Source: Candidatus Calditenuaceae archaeon HR02
GTDB taxonomy: Archaea; Thermoproteota; Nitrososphaeria_A; Caldarchaeales; Calditenuaceae
Assembly (NCBI GenBank): GCA_002898395.1
Contig: BEHE01000004.1
Coordinates: forward strand, 52,181-116,180
Direction of reading: 5' to 3'
Length of the DNA stretch: 64,000 nucleotides
Shown: positions 39,341 to 50,626 of the stretch, in pieces
Layout of the letters: each line of letters opens with the position of its first letter
Numbering within the stretch: position 1 is the stretch's first letter
Made by a program: the position numbers and the translations under genes
Notes under the pieces: generated by a model
Database searches by the model: none
What the model was told of the DNA's origin: nothing
What the model saw: the letters and a program-made list of their open reading frames with translations, nothing else

Positions 39341-40660
39341 TTGGTGAAGGTCCCACTGACTCCACCTCGTGGAATGGATGACATCCTCCCGGAAGAGATT
39401 CCCCTGCATAGGAGTCTCGTAGAGACGGTGAGGCTTCTTTTCAGGCTCTATGGATATAAGGAGGTGGAGACTCCGCCTGTCGAGTATTACGAGCTCTTCG
39501 CCGTTAAGTCTGGACAAGAGATTCTCAGCCATATGTATGTCTTCGAGGATGCGCACGGCCGCAGGCTCGCCCTCAGACCAGAGATGACGGCACCAATAGC
39601 TCGACTGGTAGCCGGTAGACTGAGTAGGAGCCCGCAGCCCATCAGGCTGGGCTACGTCGCGGATTGTTATAGGTTGGATGAGCCCCAGTGGGGGAGGAGG
39701 CGAAGGTTCTATCACGGTGGCTTCGAGATCTTCGGCTCAAAGGAGCCCGCCGCTGACGCAGAGTGCATGGTCATTTTTGACGACTTTCTGAGGAGAGTCG
39801 GCATCAAAGACTATTACTTCAAGGTGGGCCATGTGGGTGTCCAAAGGGCCATCATGTCTGCAGCAGGTATCTCGGATGTGGATCAGGACACTATCCTTGC
39901 CCTCCTTGATAAGGGGAGGGTGGAGGAGGCTGAGGAAAGCGTCCGCAAACTGGCTAAGAAGGGGGAGGGGGGTACGCTTTTCAGTGAAGTGGCAACGCAT
40001 CCAGCAGGCCCGGCGATAGCAACCGTAGATGAGTTGTCGGTCAGGCTTGTCGGTGTTGAGAAGGCGGCTAAGGAGCTTGGAAACCTGAGAAAGATCATAA
40101 AATTGGCGTCACAGGTTATCGAGCCCTCTAAGATCATTTATTATCCAGGCTTTGCGAGGGGGCTTTCATACTACACCGGCTTTATTTTTGAGGCTTATGG
40201 GGAGGGCGCCGGGATAGCCCTGGGTGGTGGGGGGCGCTATGACGGCCTGGTCTCGCTGATCGGCGGCCCTGAGGTTCCTGGAGTGGGCTTCGCAATAGGT
40301 TTAACAAGGATTATGCAGTATTTGACGGACAGGTTGATGGTTAAGCCACAGCCCGACTCTCCACTAGCCTTCGTAGTGCCACTAGCCGAGGAGTCTGTAG
40401 AGTTTGCATTCAAAGCAGCCCACGAGTTCAGGAGAGCGGGTGTGCCGACAGAGTTTGAGCCGGCAGCCTACAGTCCTTCTGAGGCGATACGACGGGCTGA
40501 GAGGCGTGGTGCAAGGTTCCTCGTATTGGTTGGGAGGCGCGAGGCCGAGAGGGATGTTGTGAGTGTGAGGGACTTGGCTGGGAGGTTTCAGGAGGAATGG
40601 CGAGTCGAAGAGATATATGGCCGGGCGGAAGCGCTTCTAAGTAGAACTAGGGTGGGGTAA
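39341..40660 (+). CDS. hisS: Histidyl-tRNA synthetase
   Basis: PPRGMDD, LALRPEMTAPIAR, RLDEPQWGRRRRF, RGLSYYTG, GGGRYD. Start placed at TTG 39341. Confidence 0.95.
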   Translation: MVKVPLTPPRGMDDILPEEIPLHRSLVETVRLLFRLYGYKEVETPPVEYYELFAVKSGQEILSHMYVFEDAHGRRLALRPEMTAPIARLVAGRLSRSPQPIRLGYVADCYRLDEPQWGRRRRFYHGGFEIFGSKEPAADAECMVIFDDFLRRVGIKDYYFKVGHVGVQRAIMSAAGISDVDQDTILALLDKGRVEEAEESVRKLAKKGEGGTLFSEVATHPAGPAIATVDELSVRLVGVEKAAKELGNLRKIIKLASQVIEPSKIIYYPGFARGLSYYTGFIFEAYGEGAGIALGGGGRYDGLVSLIGGPEVPGVGFAIGLTRIMQYLTDRLMVKPQPDSPLAFVVPLAEESVEFAFKAAHEFRRAGVPTEFEPAAYSPSEAIRRAERRGARFLVLVGRREAERDVVSVRDLAGRFQEEWRVEEIYGRAEALLSRTRVG

Positions 40661-41481
40661 TGAGCTCCATCCTTGCACTTGAGATAGTTATTGTCATCTC
40701 TACACTCTCTATACTCTCCTATAAGTTGAGGATACTCGACCTTTATGGCACATTGCTTGCAGCATCAATTGGAGGAATAGTATATCTAACCGTAGGTAGA
40801 ATTGGTATAATCCTGCTGACAGTCTTCGTCGTCGTCGCAGGCATCTTCACAAAGCTTGGTTATGATAGGAAGAGCCTAGTAGGTGCAGCTGAGCCCAGGA
40901 AAGGGCTGAGGGGTTGGAGGAATGTGTTAGGTAATGGTCTTGTTGCGGCTGCGGCTGCGGTAGTGTACACTTTAGCTCCCCAACACTCCGAGATAATTCT
41001 AAGTGGCTACATCGGAGCAATAGCAGCAGTCTTCGCCGACACTATGGCAACCGAGATAGGCCTACTCCAGAAGAGAGACCCGATACTAATTATAGGGTTA
41101 AGGAGGGTTAAGCCTGGGACACCTGGAGGAGTTTCCCTCCTAGGATACATGGGTGCTCTATTCTCAGCTGTTATATTGGTTGCAGCCTACCTATTTTTGG
41201 TGGGTTCCAACCCCCTCGCCCCACACATAGTGGGGCCGGCGGTTATATCAGCAAGCCTGGTCGGGACGACCGTAGACAGCGTAATAGGTCAGCTTTTACA
41301 GGGTTTGTACAGATGCGAAGCATGTGGAAAAATTACAGAACTTAGCACGCATTGCGGTAGGATGGGTAAATTGATCAAGGGCTACCGGCTGATAGACAAC
41401 CACACCGTAAACATCATATGTAGCTTAAGCGGCGCAGTAGTGGGAGCAACTATCACCCTGCTTTTTTATAGTACTGTTTAA
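40660..41481 (+). CDS. DUF92/TMEM19 membrane protein
   Basis: [42 protein letters not shown]. Confidence 0.9.
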   Translation: MSSILALEIVIVISTLSILSYKLRILDLYGTLLAASIGGIVYLTVGRIGIILLTVFVVVAGIFTKLGYDRKSLVGAAEPRKGLRGWRNVLGNGLVAAAAAVVYTLAPQHSEIILSGYIGAIAAVFADTMATEIGLLQKRDPILIIGLRRVKPGTPGGVSLLGYMGALFSAVILVAAYLFLVGSNPLAPHIVGPAVISASLVGTTVDSVIGQLLQGLYRCEACGKITELSTHCGRMGKLIKGYRLIDNHTVNIICSLSGAVVGATITLLFYSTV

Positions 41482-44400
41482 TGAACTCCGGCTTAATCTT
41501 CGTTAGGCTGTCTTCGGGTAGGGTGCTCAATATCTCCCAAGCAATAGATAGCGACTCATCGAGAGATCTGTTTTCATCGACTCCTTGTCTAAGGAAGCGG
41601 TTCTCGAATAAGTCGCCAAACTCGATCAGTTTTATGTCCTGGGCTGAGAGACTCGACTTGCCGACTATCTCTGCCAGTGATCTGAGCTGTACAGCTCTGG
41701 AGTATGAAGCGTAGAGCTGGTTTGAGACGTCGCCGTGGTCTGGTCTCGTCTTCTTAGGAGCTATGACGCCTGGGCCCATTAGCCTTGAAAGACTCATTAA
41801 AACGTTGATTGGTGGATAGATACCTTTCCTGTGCAGGTCCCTGCTCAGGACTATTTGTCCTTCAGTGATGTAACCCGTCAGGTCCGGTACAGGGTGTGTG
41901 ATATCGTCGCTGGGCATGGTTAGTATTGGCATTTGCGTTATTGTGCCCTTCTTTCCCTTTATCCTACCAGCCCTCTCATAGATGGAGGCTAAGTCACTGT
42001 ACATGTAGCCAGGGTATCCCTTCCTCCCAGGAACCTCCTCGCGCGCAGCGCTAATCTCTCTGAGCGCCTCGCAGTTCGAGGCGATTATCCCGTTAGCTAC
42101 GAGGAGCTTGTGGGTCCCCTCGACGGTGAGGTCATAGACGTATTCCTCGAAGGGCTCGATTTCCTCTACGCTCACGACCTCGTCCAGAACGTAGTTTCCG
42201 TAGATCAGCTGACGCAAGGCAAAGAGGTCTGGGTCGTCGGGTCTTGCCTTTTCCTCGAGGGAGCGTAGCCATCCCGAGAGCGTCGACCTACAGACCCTTC
42301 TCCTTAGGTTCTCAACCTGTGAGACCATGCTGCTCGGTCCGATGTCCTCCTGCATCAGTCCGTACCTCTCCCTCAGCCTTCTCAGGAGCTGACCGACCAC
42401 CCGCGGACCCAGATAGAACCGCTCGGCCGTCGTACGTGACCCTCCTACTGAGATGGCCCAGCGTTTTCCGGGATGGGACGGCCTCACCAGCCCCCCCAGC
42501 CTCTCGAGGCTGATCGGCCCCGTCACCACCACGTCGTAAACCTCCCGCCCGCTGAACGAGCTCCTCGATCTCCTCTCCTGTATAACGCTCGGTACCCCGA
42601 GCCTCTTCAGCAGCAGCTGGATCCTGCTTGCCCTCATTCTGCTGCGCGTAGCTATGCGGACAGCCCTGCCGCCCCTCGCGACAGAGCCGTCGCCGTTTAT
42701 GTAGCCCGCTATGAAGGCTGCGATGTGGTCCTCCTCCAGCGTGAGTAGCCTCAAGAGCTCCTCGGGTGTTCCGAGCTTAGCGAGGTTCAGCAAAATTCTA
42801 GCCGCGATGAGGCTATTGAACCTCACAATCGTGACGCCGTTACTGTTCTCGTGGACCTGCGGCTCGGGCCCATCGAAGACGCGCCGGAAGAGGTCGATGA
42901 AGGTCTCGACGAGCTCCCGCGACCTGTTGCTGAAGCTCACATAGTAGGCTCCCTGCCCATCGGACACGTTCACGGTTCCGTCCGAGAGGACCATCCCGAG
43001 GAGGCGCGTCAGGTCGGGCGTGACGTAGGCCTCCCTCAGCCTCACCCGCTGCTTCCCGTCCGCGGTCATGTGATCGACCAGCGCCGTCGCCTCTGCGACG
43101 TCCCAGCCGAGGTCCTCTACTACCCGTAGGAACTCGTCTAGCCTGTACCTCCGCTTTGCGTGGGAATCGGTGACCCGCTCGTAGCTCAGATTGAGCCTGC
43201 GGCACGCCTCGGAGAGGCTGCCGTACTTCCCTTCCAGAGCCCGCTCGACGCGGTCGTCCCGCAGGTGGACGAAGAAGCGCTCTGGCTCCCTCTCGGCGAG
43301 CAGCCTGAGCAGCGGGATCCTTTCGGTCCGGAACTCAAGTCTCTCCACCGAGTACAGCTCATCACCCGGTCTGATCCTCTCTGCCCGGACCAACTCCGGA
43401 CCTGACAAGGTGTCGACCAGCAATCTTTGATCTGGTGTGACCTTGAGACTCGCGCCAGATCTGGTCCTAAGCAGCAGGAGACGCCTGGGCGCGACGATCT
43501 TCTCGACGGCCTGGATCCTACACTCCCTCAGGCTGAAACCGTCCCACGAGAGGACCGAGCCGTGCGCTAGCTCACGGGGCGTGACGTAGCTCAGCAGGGC
43601 CATCCCTTTGCCAGCGCTGACAACGCTGCTGACCGGTCGCAGCGCTTGGGCAGCCTTGAGGTGCGCCTCCTCGACGAATGCGCCTATCTCCCTGACCGTC
43701 CCGTCCGCGAATATGAGCTCTGTGTCCCCTGCGAAGCAGTAATTGGTCATATCAGTAATGATTACTAGAATGTTGTAGTCTCTCTCGAAGGCTAGGAACT
43801 CGGCTAGTGTGAGGGCTACGCGCGGTGTTATAATCCTCTCTACTGCTGGATCGTCGGCTAGGTTTAGGAAGAGAGCGGACCTCCCCATTGCGCCGCTCTC
43901 CTCAAGACTCCTCCTGAAGAAGCGGGCCTCATCGTTCTGGACTCCTAGGGCCGCGAAGATTACGGCGAACTCCTCCTCTTTACCAGGCACAACTGCTTGG
44001 CGAGCTATCTGGGCCGCTAATATGTTATGGGTTAGGCCGGGTCCGCTAAATACAGGTAGCTTCTGCCCCCTGACGAGGCTGTTCATCACGTCGATTGCTG
44101 AGATGCCGGTCTGGATGAAGTCGCTTGGATACTCTCGCTGCTCGGGATTGATTGGCTCGCCGCTGATGTCTCTGTAGTCCTCTGCAGGTGGTGGGGGGAG
44201 ACCATCTATGGGCCTGCCTAGTCCGTCGAATACCCTGCCTAAAAGCTCCTCGGAGACGCCGAGCTTCATCGTATCGCCGAGGAACCTAGCCTTGACACCT
44301 TCAATAGAGAGCCCGCTCGTTCCCTCGAACACCTGCACTATGGCCTTACCCTCGCCCACCTCCAATACCCGCCCAAGCCTCGACTCTCCGCTAGGCGTCT

Positions 44401-44518
44401 CAACCTCAACCAGCTCGTCATAAGCAACCCTCGTCACACGGTCCACAACCAGCAGAGGTCCGCGAATCTCAAGAACTGTTGTATACTCAACTCCACCTCC
44501 GGACCTACTTCGCTTCAT
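41453..44518 (-). CDS. atpB: A/V-type ATP synthase subunit B containing an intein (about 466 aa after splicing)
   Basis: [30 protein letters not shown]|...|[36 protein letters not shown]. Confidence 0.96.
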   Translation of the reverse strand: MKRSRSGGGVEYTTVLEIRGPLLVVDRVTRVAYDELVEVETPSGESRLGRVLEVGEGKAIVQVFEGTSGLSIEGVKARFLGDTMKLGVSEELLGRVFDGLGRPIDGLPPPPAEDYRDISGEPINPEQREYPSDFIQTGISAIDVMNSLVRGQKLPVFSGPGLTHNILAAQIARQAVVPGKEEEFAVIFAALGVQNDEARFFRRSLEESGAMGRSALFLNLADDPAVERIITPRVALTLAEFLAFERDYNILVIITDMTNYCFAGDTELIFADGTVREIGAFVEEAHLKAAQALRPVSSVVSAGKGMALLSYVTPRELAHGSVLSWDGFSLRECRIQAVEKIVAPRRLLLLRTRSGASLKVTPDQRLLVDTLSGPELVRAERIRPGDELYSVERLEFRTERIPLLRLLAEREPERFFVHLRDDRVERALEGKYGSLSEACRRLNLSYERVTDSHAKRRYRLDEFLRVVEDLGWDVAEATALVDHMTADGKQRVRLREAYVTPDLTRLLGMVLSDGTVNVSDGQGAYYVSFSNRSRELVETFIDLFRRVFDGPEPQVHENSNGVTIVRFNSLIAARILLNLAKLGTPEELLRLLTLEEDHIAAFIAGYINGDGSVARGGRAVRIATRSRMRASRIQLLLKRLGVPSVIQERRSRSSFSGREVYDVVVTGPISLERLGGLVRPSHPGKRWAISVGGSRTTAERFYLGPRVVGQLLRRLRERYGLMQEDIGPSSMVSQVENLRRRVCRSTLSGWLRSLEEKARPDDPDLFALRQLIYGNYVLDEVVSVEEIEPFEEYVYDLTVEGTHKLLVANGIIASNCEALREISAAREEVPGRKGYPGYMYSDLASIYERAGRIKGKKGTITQMPILTMPSDDITHPVPDLTGYITEGQIVLSRDLHRKGIYPPINVLMSLSRLMGPGVIAPKKTRPDHGDVSNQLYASYSRAVQLRSLAEIVGKSSLSAQDIKLIEFGDLFENRFLRQGVDENRSLDESLSIAWEILSTLPEDSLTKIKPEFIKQYYKKAG
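42074..43738 (-). mobile_element. Intein (555 aa) with LAGLIDADG endonuclease and HTH-like segments
   Basis: Begins CFAGDT and ends [23 protein letters not shown] with +1 Cys. Motifs LLGMVLSDG and [10 protein letters not shown]. Removal restores TDMTNYCEALRE. Confidence 0.96.
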
Positions 44519-44610
44519 CCATGCCTGAGATATACTGCCTGTTAAAAAACCCTCAGCGGTTCTGGAAAGTTTGCAAAATACTTATTGAAGCCGCCTTCGC
44601 TCTAACCTGG

Positions 44611-45252
44611 ATGTCGGTGGCGTTTGGGCGCGGCTATCTCAGGACCCGTCTAGAGCTGATAAGGTTAAGAAGGGCAGTGAGAACGGCCCAGAGAGTCTAT
44701 AGGATTCTCGAGGATAAGAGGGACGTGCTGATCACGAGGCTAAACGAGCTGGTCGAGGAGGCGCAGGAGCTGAGAAATAGGGCCCTCTCAAACCTCACAG
44801 AATCCTACCGACAATTGCTCTCAGCCTATATGGAGCTCGGGCCCCAGAGGGTCGAGTCTATAGCCGGCACACTTCCCGAGACAATCAGCGTAAGCATGGA
44901 TTCTTTCACGATGATGGGCATCTCTCTCGTAACGCTAAATGCGCGGAACGAGGAAACAGGACTCTTATATGGCTTTGGGGACACGTCAATAAGCCTAGAC
45001 GAGGCGGCTAGAAAGATTAGACAGGTAATAACAGATATCTGTAAGGCGGCTGCGACTGAAAACAACATCTACAGGGTTGCTAATGAGCTTAGAAAGACCC
45101 AACGCCTGCTAAACGCCCTCGAATACATAATCATACCCAGGTATGAGGAGGCTATCAAGACCATCTCTATGGCGCTGGAGGAGGCAGACAGGGACTATTT
45201 TGTAAAACTAAAGCACATTAAGAAGGTATTGGAAAGGAAGTCTGCGGGTTAA
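44611..45252 (+). CDS. atpD: A/V-type ATP synthase subunit D
   Basis: TRLELIRL..LEDKRDVL, ELRKTQRLLNALEYIIIP, LEEADR. Start placed at ATG 44611. Confidence 0.93.
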   Translation: MSVAFGRGYLRTRLELIRLRRAVRTAQRVYRILEDKRDVLITRLNELVEEAQELRNRALSNLTESYRQLLSAYMELGPQRVESIAGTLPETISVSMDSFTMMGISLVTLNARNEETGLLYGFGDTSISLDEAARKIRQVITDICKAAATENNIYRVANELRKTQRLLNALEYIIIPRYEEAIKTISMALEEADRDYFVKLKHIKKVLERKSAG

Positions 45253-45287
45253 AGCTTAATAGAGGCGTGCCTCAGGGGGAAGCGGGG

Positions 45288-45446
45288 TTGAGTATCGAGG
45301 AGAGGGTAAGGCGGGTTATTACAGAGTGCGAAGAGAAGATTAAAAGCCGTACAGCCCAGTTAACAGCAGAAGTTGAGAGGGACTCTTGGAGTGTGTTGGA
45401 GAAGGTTTTATCTGGGGCTAAGCGCAGAGAAGAGAAGGAGAGCTAA
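45288..45446 (+). CDS. Small charged helical protein (52 aa), possibly ATP synthase-associated
   Basis: Hand translation from TTG: MSIEERVRRVITECEEKIKSRTAQLTAEVERDSWSVLEKVLSGAKRREEKES. Purine-rich upstream, follows atpD. Confidence 0.5.
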   Translation: MSIEERVRRVITECEEKIKSRTAQLTAEVERDSWSVLEKVLSGAKRREEKES

Positions 45447-45487
45447 ACCTGTTTTTAGGCCTGAGTCTTTGAGCTGTGCTTCACTCT

Positions 45488-45846
45488 TTATATATGAGCT
45501 AGTCCAGAGGCTATAATCCCCAACTGGCTTAGGATTAGTGCTGTGAAGGGCCGGAGGCTGAATAGATAGGCCGCGAACTCTACGCATGTCAGCCCGATTC
45601 TAGGGGTCGTGAAGATGTCGCCTAGCAGGAGAAGGGCCTTAAACATTCCCAAAATGGTGCGATCCTAAGCAGGGGCTCTCTGTTCACAAAGACGGCGCCG
45701 AGTATAAGTGAATCAATTATTGTTAGGATTATCAACGCGTAGGCATGGTTTGGAGCCGCAGCCCATAACTCAGCATCAGACACCAACAGTGCTAGGCTGA
45801 ATAGTATGGATAGGCATAGAAAGGATTTGAGGACAGTATTCCTCAA
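45488..45846 (-). pseudogene. Frameshifted multi-pass membrane protein
   Basis: The 74-aa ORF continues in another frame after ...PFW as GMFKALLLLGDIFTTPRIG...FAAYLFS to TAA at 45488. Confidence 0.6.
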
Positions 45847-45855
45847 GAGCTTCTA

Positions 45856-46338
45856 TCGCTCCAGCACTATTATTGTACCCTCCTACCCTCTCTTCCTGTG
45901 GATCAGACCATAAAGAGGGGCGACACTACAGTAATACTTAAAAGTGCCTGGATAGCTAGCTACGAACTTCAATACCTGTGTCTCACCCCGCGCGAGGCTA
46001 ATAGATCTCACATTGTAGGGCGAGGGGCTCTCATTGTCTAATGAGAAGTCATGTACGGCTGGACAGGATCCATTCCCGAGCAGGGTAAGCCGGACACGAT
46101 CGCCGACATTCACAATGAGCATAGGCCCACCACGAGAAGCGTTAAATCTGTAATCCCACAGATATAGTGTGAAAGAGACAATAATCCCTCCCTCGGTAGC
46201 AGTATTGGTTACGGTGGGTGGGAGTGTCCTAGTGACCATTATTGGCTGGCTACGTTGTGGTTTTAATAAGGAGCGGGGCTGATGTGATCACTAACACACC
46301 AGGCTATGTCACCAATGACTATATGACTGCGACGCATG
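45856..46338 (-). pseudogene. Cupredoxin (blue copper) protein, disrupted
   Basis: GGPMLIVNVGDRV, HDF, GTFKYYC...H...G-TAG-EGTIIV. The N-terminal anchor (MRRSHIVIG...) is broken by frameshifts. Confidence 0.7.
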
Positions 46339-46461
46339 TCCTGCTCCTACGATGTATTTTACTCTAGTATTGCCTATATACCGCATCCGTCATCGTGACC
46401 TAGCAACACGCCTTAGTGTAAATCGCGAAACGTTTTATTTAGGCCTGTCAGCTACTCGACG

Positions 46462-46845
46462 GTGTTTAAGATTAAAAGAGTATACGACACGCCCTCGAAG
46501 GATGATGGGTTTAGAGTCCTGGTTGACAGGATTTGGCCTAGGGGCTTAAGTAAAGAGACAGCACGTATTGACCTTTGGCTGCGAGAAATAGCACCAAGCG
46601 CAGGTCTTAGAAAATGGTTTGGACACGACCCGGCCAAATGGCCTACCTTCAAGACCCGATATGAAAAAGAACTAGACTCCAAGTCTGCTCTCATTGAAGA
46701 ACTGCTCACTCTAGAAAAGAATTATGGCATAGTAACGCTAGTGTATGGGGCGAGGGACACAGAACATAACAATGCAGTAGTATTGAAGGAATACCTCGAA
46801 ACACGCAAAAAGGGGAGGAGCTTAAATAATTGTTCCTCCCACTAG
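46462..46845 (+). CDS. DUF488/YeaO-family protein
   Basis: [38 protein letters not shown]. Confidence 0.92.
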   Translation: MFKIKRVYDTPSKDDGFRVLVDRIWPRGLSKETARIDLWLREIAPSAGLRKWFGHDPAKWPTFKTRYEKELDSKSALIEELLTLEKNYGIVTLVYGARDTEHNNAVVLKEYLETRKKGRSLNNCSSH

Positions 46846-48551
46846 TACGTCCTTTCAGTTGGCTTAAACTTAGTGATTACCACTTCCTTGTAAGAGAACT
46901 CGAATCCATCAATCTTCTTGTATACTAGTATGTGATTGAGCCAGTTCTTGTCGTCTCTCAGCGGATAGTCTACCCTTGCATGCGCACCCCTGCTCTCACT
47001 CCTATGAATGGCTGCCGCACCAATTACCTCGCAGACATCAAACATGTAATCTATCTCAAGCACGTTAATGAGATTTGTATTATAGTATCTGCTCTTATCC
47101 TCTACGCCCATCTCAGCCTGCTGTTTTAAGGCCCTAAGCTTTCTAAGACCCTCCTCCATACTGCTGGCCTCCCTATAGACGTGAAAGTGTCTCTCCATTA
47201 GGGCCTGTATCTCCTTTTTGATGTTGTAAGGGTTAACGCGTGGTGCTGGTCCGAGGAGTTTGTCGTAGATCCTCTTCTCCTCCTCGTCTATTTCGCTCTT
47301 CAGAGGCTCGACTGCTGGATGTGTTAGGGCAAACCTCGCGGCCTGCTCGCCCGTTATTCTACCCCAGACGAGGCATTCACTAGTAGAGTTTGAGCCTAGC
47401 CTGTTAGCGCCGTTCATGGAGGTGCAGGCAACCTCTCCGGCCGCCCAGAGACCAGGGAGCTCGGTCGCACCATCAATGTTTGCATCTACGCCGCCCATAT
47501 AGTAGTGGGCCACTGGCCTGACAGGTATGGGTTCGTTTATCGGGTCGATCCCCGCGTTCCGTAGGCATATCTCACGTATGCTGGTGAGTTTTTTCTTTAT
47601 CACATCAGGATCTATAACTGTGAGATCTAGGAGTAGATAGTCCTCGCCATCCTCGGTCTTGAAACCCCTTCCCTCGCGTATCTCGGTTATCATAGCTCTG
47701 GATACAATGTCCCTTGGCGCTAAATCTTTAGCCTTGGGAGCATATCTCTCCATAAACCTCTCTCCGTCCTTGTTTCTGAGGATTCCACCCTCGCCACGCG
47801 CTGCTTCAGTTATGAGTATTCCACTTGGTACAAGTCCCGTCGGGTGAAACTGAACAAACTCCATGTCCCTTAACGGTATTCCGGCGCGATAAGCTATCGC
47901 GTATCCGTCAGGAGTTGAGCTGTGCCCGAAGGTTGCGAAGCTGTAGATCCTTCCGGCGCCCCCAGTTGCGAGGATGCCGGCCTTTGCGTTGAATAGTGCC
48001 AGCTCGCCATTCTTGAGACTTATCGCCACTACCCCCGCGAAGCGGCCATTGTTCTTGAGAATCTTGGTGACGACCCATTCATCATAAAAGACTATTTCAT
48101 CGTATCTTAGACACGTGTCGTATAGCGTGCTCATCTCGTAGAAGCCTACCTTATCCTCGGCATAGCATGCCCGCGGATAGCTCTGCCCCCCAAAATATCT
48201 CTGTGCTATCTTTCCATCCTGCCGCCTAGCCCAAGGCATTCCCCAGTGCTCAAGCTGGATGATCTCGTGGGGAGCTAAGTTTACAAACCTCTCAACCACA
48301 TCCTGGTCTGCGAGGAAGTCGCTGCCCTTCACAGTATCCCACATATGCGACTCTAGAGAGTCCCCCTCCTCAGGATATAGGACAGCGGCCGTGCCGCCCT
48401 CAGCCGAGACACTATGCGACCTCATGGGCTGCGTCTTAGTCACCACAGCAATCGAGACACGCCCGCGACCAGTCCTAGCGGCCTCGATGGCGGCTCTAAG
48501 CCCTGCAAGCCCTGAGCCCATAACAACCACGTCGCATGCGATTTTCTCCAG
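46842..48551 (-). CDS. sdhA: Succinate dehydrogenase/fumarate reductase flavoprotein subunit
   Basis: [49 protein letters not shown]. Probable CTG start at 48551 ([12 protein letters not shown]). Confidence 0.93.
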   Translation of the reverse strand: MEKIACDVVVMGSGLAGLRAAIEAARTGRGRVSIAVVTKTQPMRSHSVSAEGGTAAVLYPEEGDSLESHMWDTVKGSDFLADQDVVERFVNLAPHEIIQLEHWGMPWARRQDGKIAQRYFGGQSYPRACYAEDKVGFYEMSTLYDTCLRYDEIVFYDEWVVTKILKNNGRFAGVVAISLKNGELALFNAKAGILATGGAGRIYSFATFGHSSTPDGYAIAYRAGIPLRDMEFVQFHPTGLVPSGILITEAARGEGGILRNKDGERFMERYAPKAKDLAPRDIVSRAMITEIREGRGFKTEDGEDYLLLDLTVIDPDVIKKKLTSIREICLRNAGIDPINEPIPVRPVAHYYMGGVDANIDGATELPGLWAAGEVACTSMNGANRLGSNSTSECLVWGRITGEQAARFALTHPAVEPLKSEIDEEEKRIYDKLLGPAPRVNPYNIKKEIQALMERHFHVYREASSMEEGLRKLRALKQQAEMGVEDKSRYYNTNLINVLEIDYMFDVCEVIGAAAIHRSESRGAHARVDYPLRDDKNWLNHILVYKKIDGFEFSYKEVVITKFKPTERTY

Positions 48552-48577
48552 GGAGCACCACCCTCAACTAATACAGG

Positions 48578-48988
48578 TCAGAGCAAGTAATGGATTTTTA
48601 TATGTTCTCGCATAATTTCGGGGTACGGTGTCGTGAAGCCGCAGTGTGGGCATATCTCTGGCCTCACCGCGTCCTTCTTAACTTGTTCGAGGATTTCTGC
48701 AACCCGCTCACTCGACAGCGCCCTTATCGTTATCGTACTCTCCTCCACCTCAATGACATAGTCGCCGGCCATCCCAAGCCGGTCTAAAATCCGCTTCAGC
48801 TCATTGACAAGCGATGCAATGTTTAGGGAGTAGTCTCTGAATCCGGATAGGTCTATCACAACATCCCTCTCTCTCGGCAAAGCGAATGCCCCCATGCCAG
48901 ATAGAAACTCGGAGAGCTCGAAAGCTATAATGCTGGACAGGGGCTCCAGGGCAACAAGCTTCACCTTAATCACCCTCAACCAAGTCAC
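48578..48988 (-). CDS. Hypothetical protein with C-terminal C2H2 Zn finger
   Basis: CPHCGF...HIKIH at the C-terminus, overlaps nadM. Confidence 0.75.
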   Translation of the reverse strand: MTWLRVIKVKLVALEPLSSIIAFELSEFLSGMGAFALPRERDVVIDLSGFRDYSLNIASLVNELKRILDRLGMAGDYVIEVEESTITIRALSSERVAEILEQVKKDAVRPEICPHCGFTTPYPEIMREHIKIHYLL

Positions 48989-49545
48989 CTCAAAAGGACG
49001 CTGGTTGCCGATCCCCTTGCGATTCTAACCCTATCAACCCCACCTATAATCTCGATGTAGTCCCCCACACTCTTAGGGACGTATCTCCTCCAGTCCCCTC
49101 CCTCGGCCATCAGGGTCCGGATCTTCGTGGCGTTTAGCTCCTCTCTCGCGTATAGCTGTGCCTCCCTAGTCTTGACGTTCTGCTCCTCCAGTAGAAGTCT
49201 AACGAAAGGGTTATTCGAGTAGGCCACATCAAATCTTGGACACATTGACTTGAGCCTCGCAACCCAGAGGGGGTGCTCACCGATATCAGGTATGGTTACT
49301 GTGATGATCCTTGAAAGGTCTTGGCCATCCTCTGCCAGCGCCAGCCTAATCATTTCTATTCTCTCCCCCGCAGTGAAGGGGTTGTCAAAAGTATGGCTGA
49401 ACTGGCTGCTTCCTATCACTATTATGGCTTCATCGAACTCGCTCAGTATCTCTTTGACAGCTGATAGATGGCCTAGGTGGAAGGGCTGGAATCTGCCTAT
49501 CAAGACCGCCCTCCGGATATTACCGATGCTCAGGTCTGAATCCAC
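48985..49545 (-). CDS. nadM: Nicotinamide-nucleotide adenylyltransferase
   Basis: GRFQPFHLGH, GSSQ, NPFTAGER, NATKIR. Confidence 0.94.
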   Translation of the reverse strand: MDSDLSIGNIRRAVLIGRFQPFHLGHLSAVKEILSEFDEAIIVIGSSQFSHTFDNPFTAGERIEMIRLALAEDGQDLSRIITVTIPDIGEHPLWVARLKSMCPRFDVAYSNNPFVRLLLEEQNVKTREAQLYAREELNATKIRTLMAEGGDWRRYVPKSVGDYIEIIGGVDRVRIARGSATSVLLR

Positions 49546-49738
49546 CTACCCCGGCCTATTGGTATAATGAGCGTTTAATCAAGGTTTTGCATGAAACATC
49601 TGGAGCAGTCTAAGTGAATATCTATGTAGTGTCTCTTCCTGTGGAGCGCCGTCCTTATATTTTGAGCGGAGGCCTGCCATCAGCCAGTAATTGGAGAATA
49701 ACCGCTTAAATAGTGAAGTTGGTAATTGGGTCTTGACG

Positions 49739-50506
49739 ATGAGGGTGGGTCCCAAGAGTGTTCGCCCCCCTGTGGCCGTAGAAGTTGTAGACCTACAGAA
49801 CTTAGCTAGGCTCGTACTTAACAGGGGAGAGCCGGACGGACTCTTCTGGTATTTCTCGGTGGGCGGGGAGCAAGTTCTGGGCAGCCTATTCTTGATACCC
49901 TACTGGAGGGGCAACCTCCCACTCTTCTGCTATACAAAACTGCCTCCGGAGGTTGAACCGAAGGCCTTTCTAGCGTACCGAAGCATAGGTCAGGAAGAAT
50001 ACCTATTCACCAACTCGGGAGATGATCCCAGATATGTGTACGGAGCGATAATGGAGATTGAGTCGCCTCCTGACTTCCTCCTCAAATCTCTCAAGAACAG
50101 GACAGTGCAACGCGACTTCAGGCCCGTGCTAACGAAAGCTAAGGACATGACGGTCCTTGTAAGGACACTGCTGATCCTATCCGAGGATTCGACATCCCCA
50201 CCTATCTGGAGCTTCAGGCATAATGGACACTCGATATTCGGGGTCATAGCGCCGGTCTTTGACTACTATGACGCCAACGCTCTCCCCGTCTTCCTCTACG
50301 TGGAGTCGGAAGAGGACCCAAAGGCCGGGTTCGTACGCTACGTTTCGGAGAATGGGCGTGAGGTTACGGCATTCGTGAACTCAATCAGTGAGATGAGATA
50401 CTTCTACGTGAGGATTGTGAAGCTTGCACATATGCCGCTATGGACCGCGCCTGAACAAACTGAGGGTCGTCGGAGCCAAAAAGGTGTGAGGCAGAGGACA
50501 GGCTAG
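49739..50506 (+). CDS. Hypothetical protein with two tandem ~120-aa repeats
   Basis: Internal similarity: PVAVEVVDLQNLAR...LPLFCY...RYVY versus PVLTKAKDMTVLVR...LPVFLY...RYFY. Start uncertain (49691 or 49739). Confidence 0.7.
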   Translation: MRVGPKSVRPPVAVEVVDLQNLARLVLNRGEPDGLFWYFSVGGEQVLGSLFLIPYWRGNLPLFCYTKLPPEVEPKAFLAYRSIGQEEYLFTNSGDDPRYVYGAIMEIESPPDFLLKSLKNRTVQRDFRPVLTKAKDMTVLVRTLLILSEDSTSPPIWSFRHNGHSIFGVIAPVFDYYDANALPVFLYVESEEDPKAGFVRYVSENGREVTAFVNSISEMRYFYVRIVKLAHMPLWTAPEQTEGRRSQKGVRQRTG

Positions 50507-50626
50507 GGTCAAGGTGTTATTGTTGCCTTAGAGAGTCTGTAAGTATAAATACTTATAAGCGTCTTTAGAGAAAAGGTTTAAATTTTGGAAATCTTGTAAA
50601 CGTCAACAAGACGTGGTGCAGCGGTA

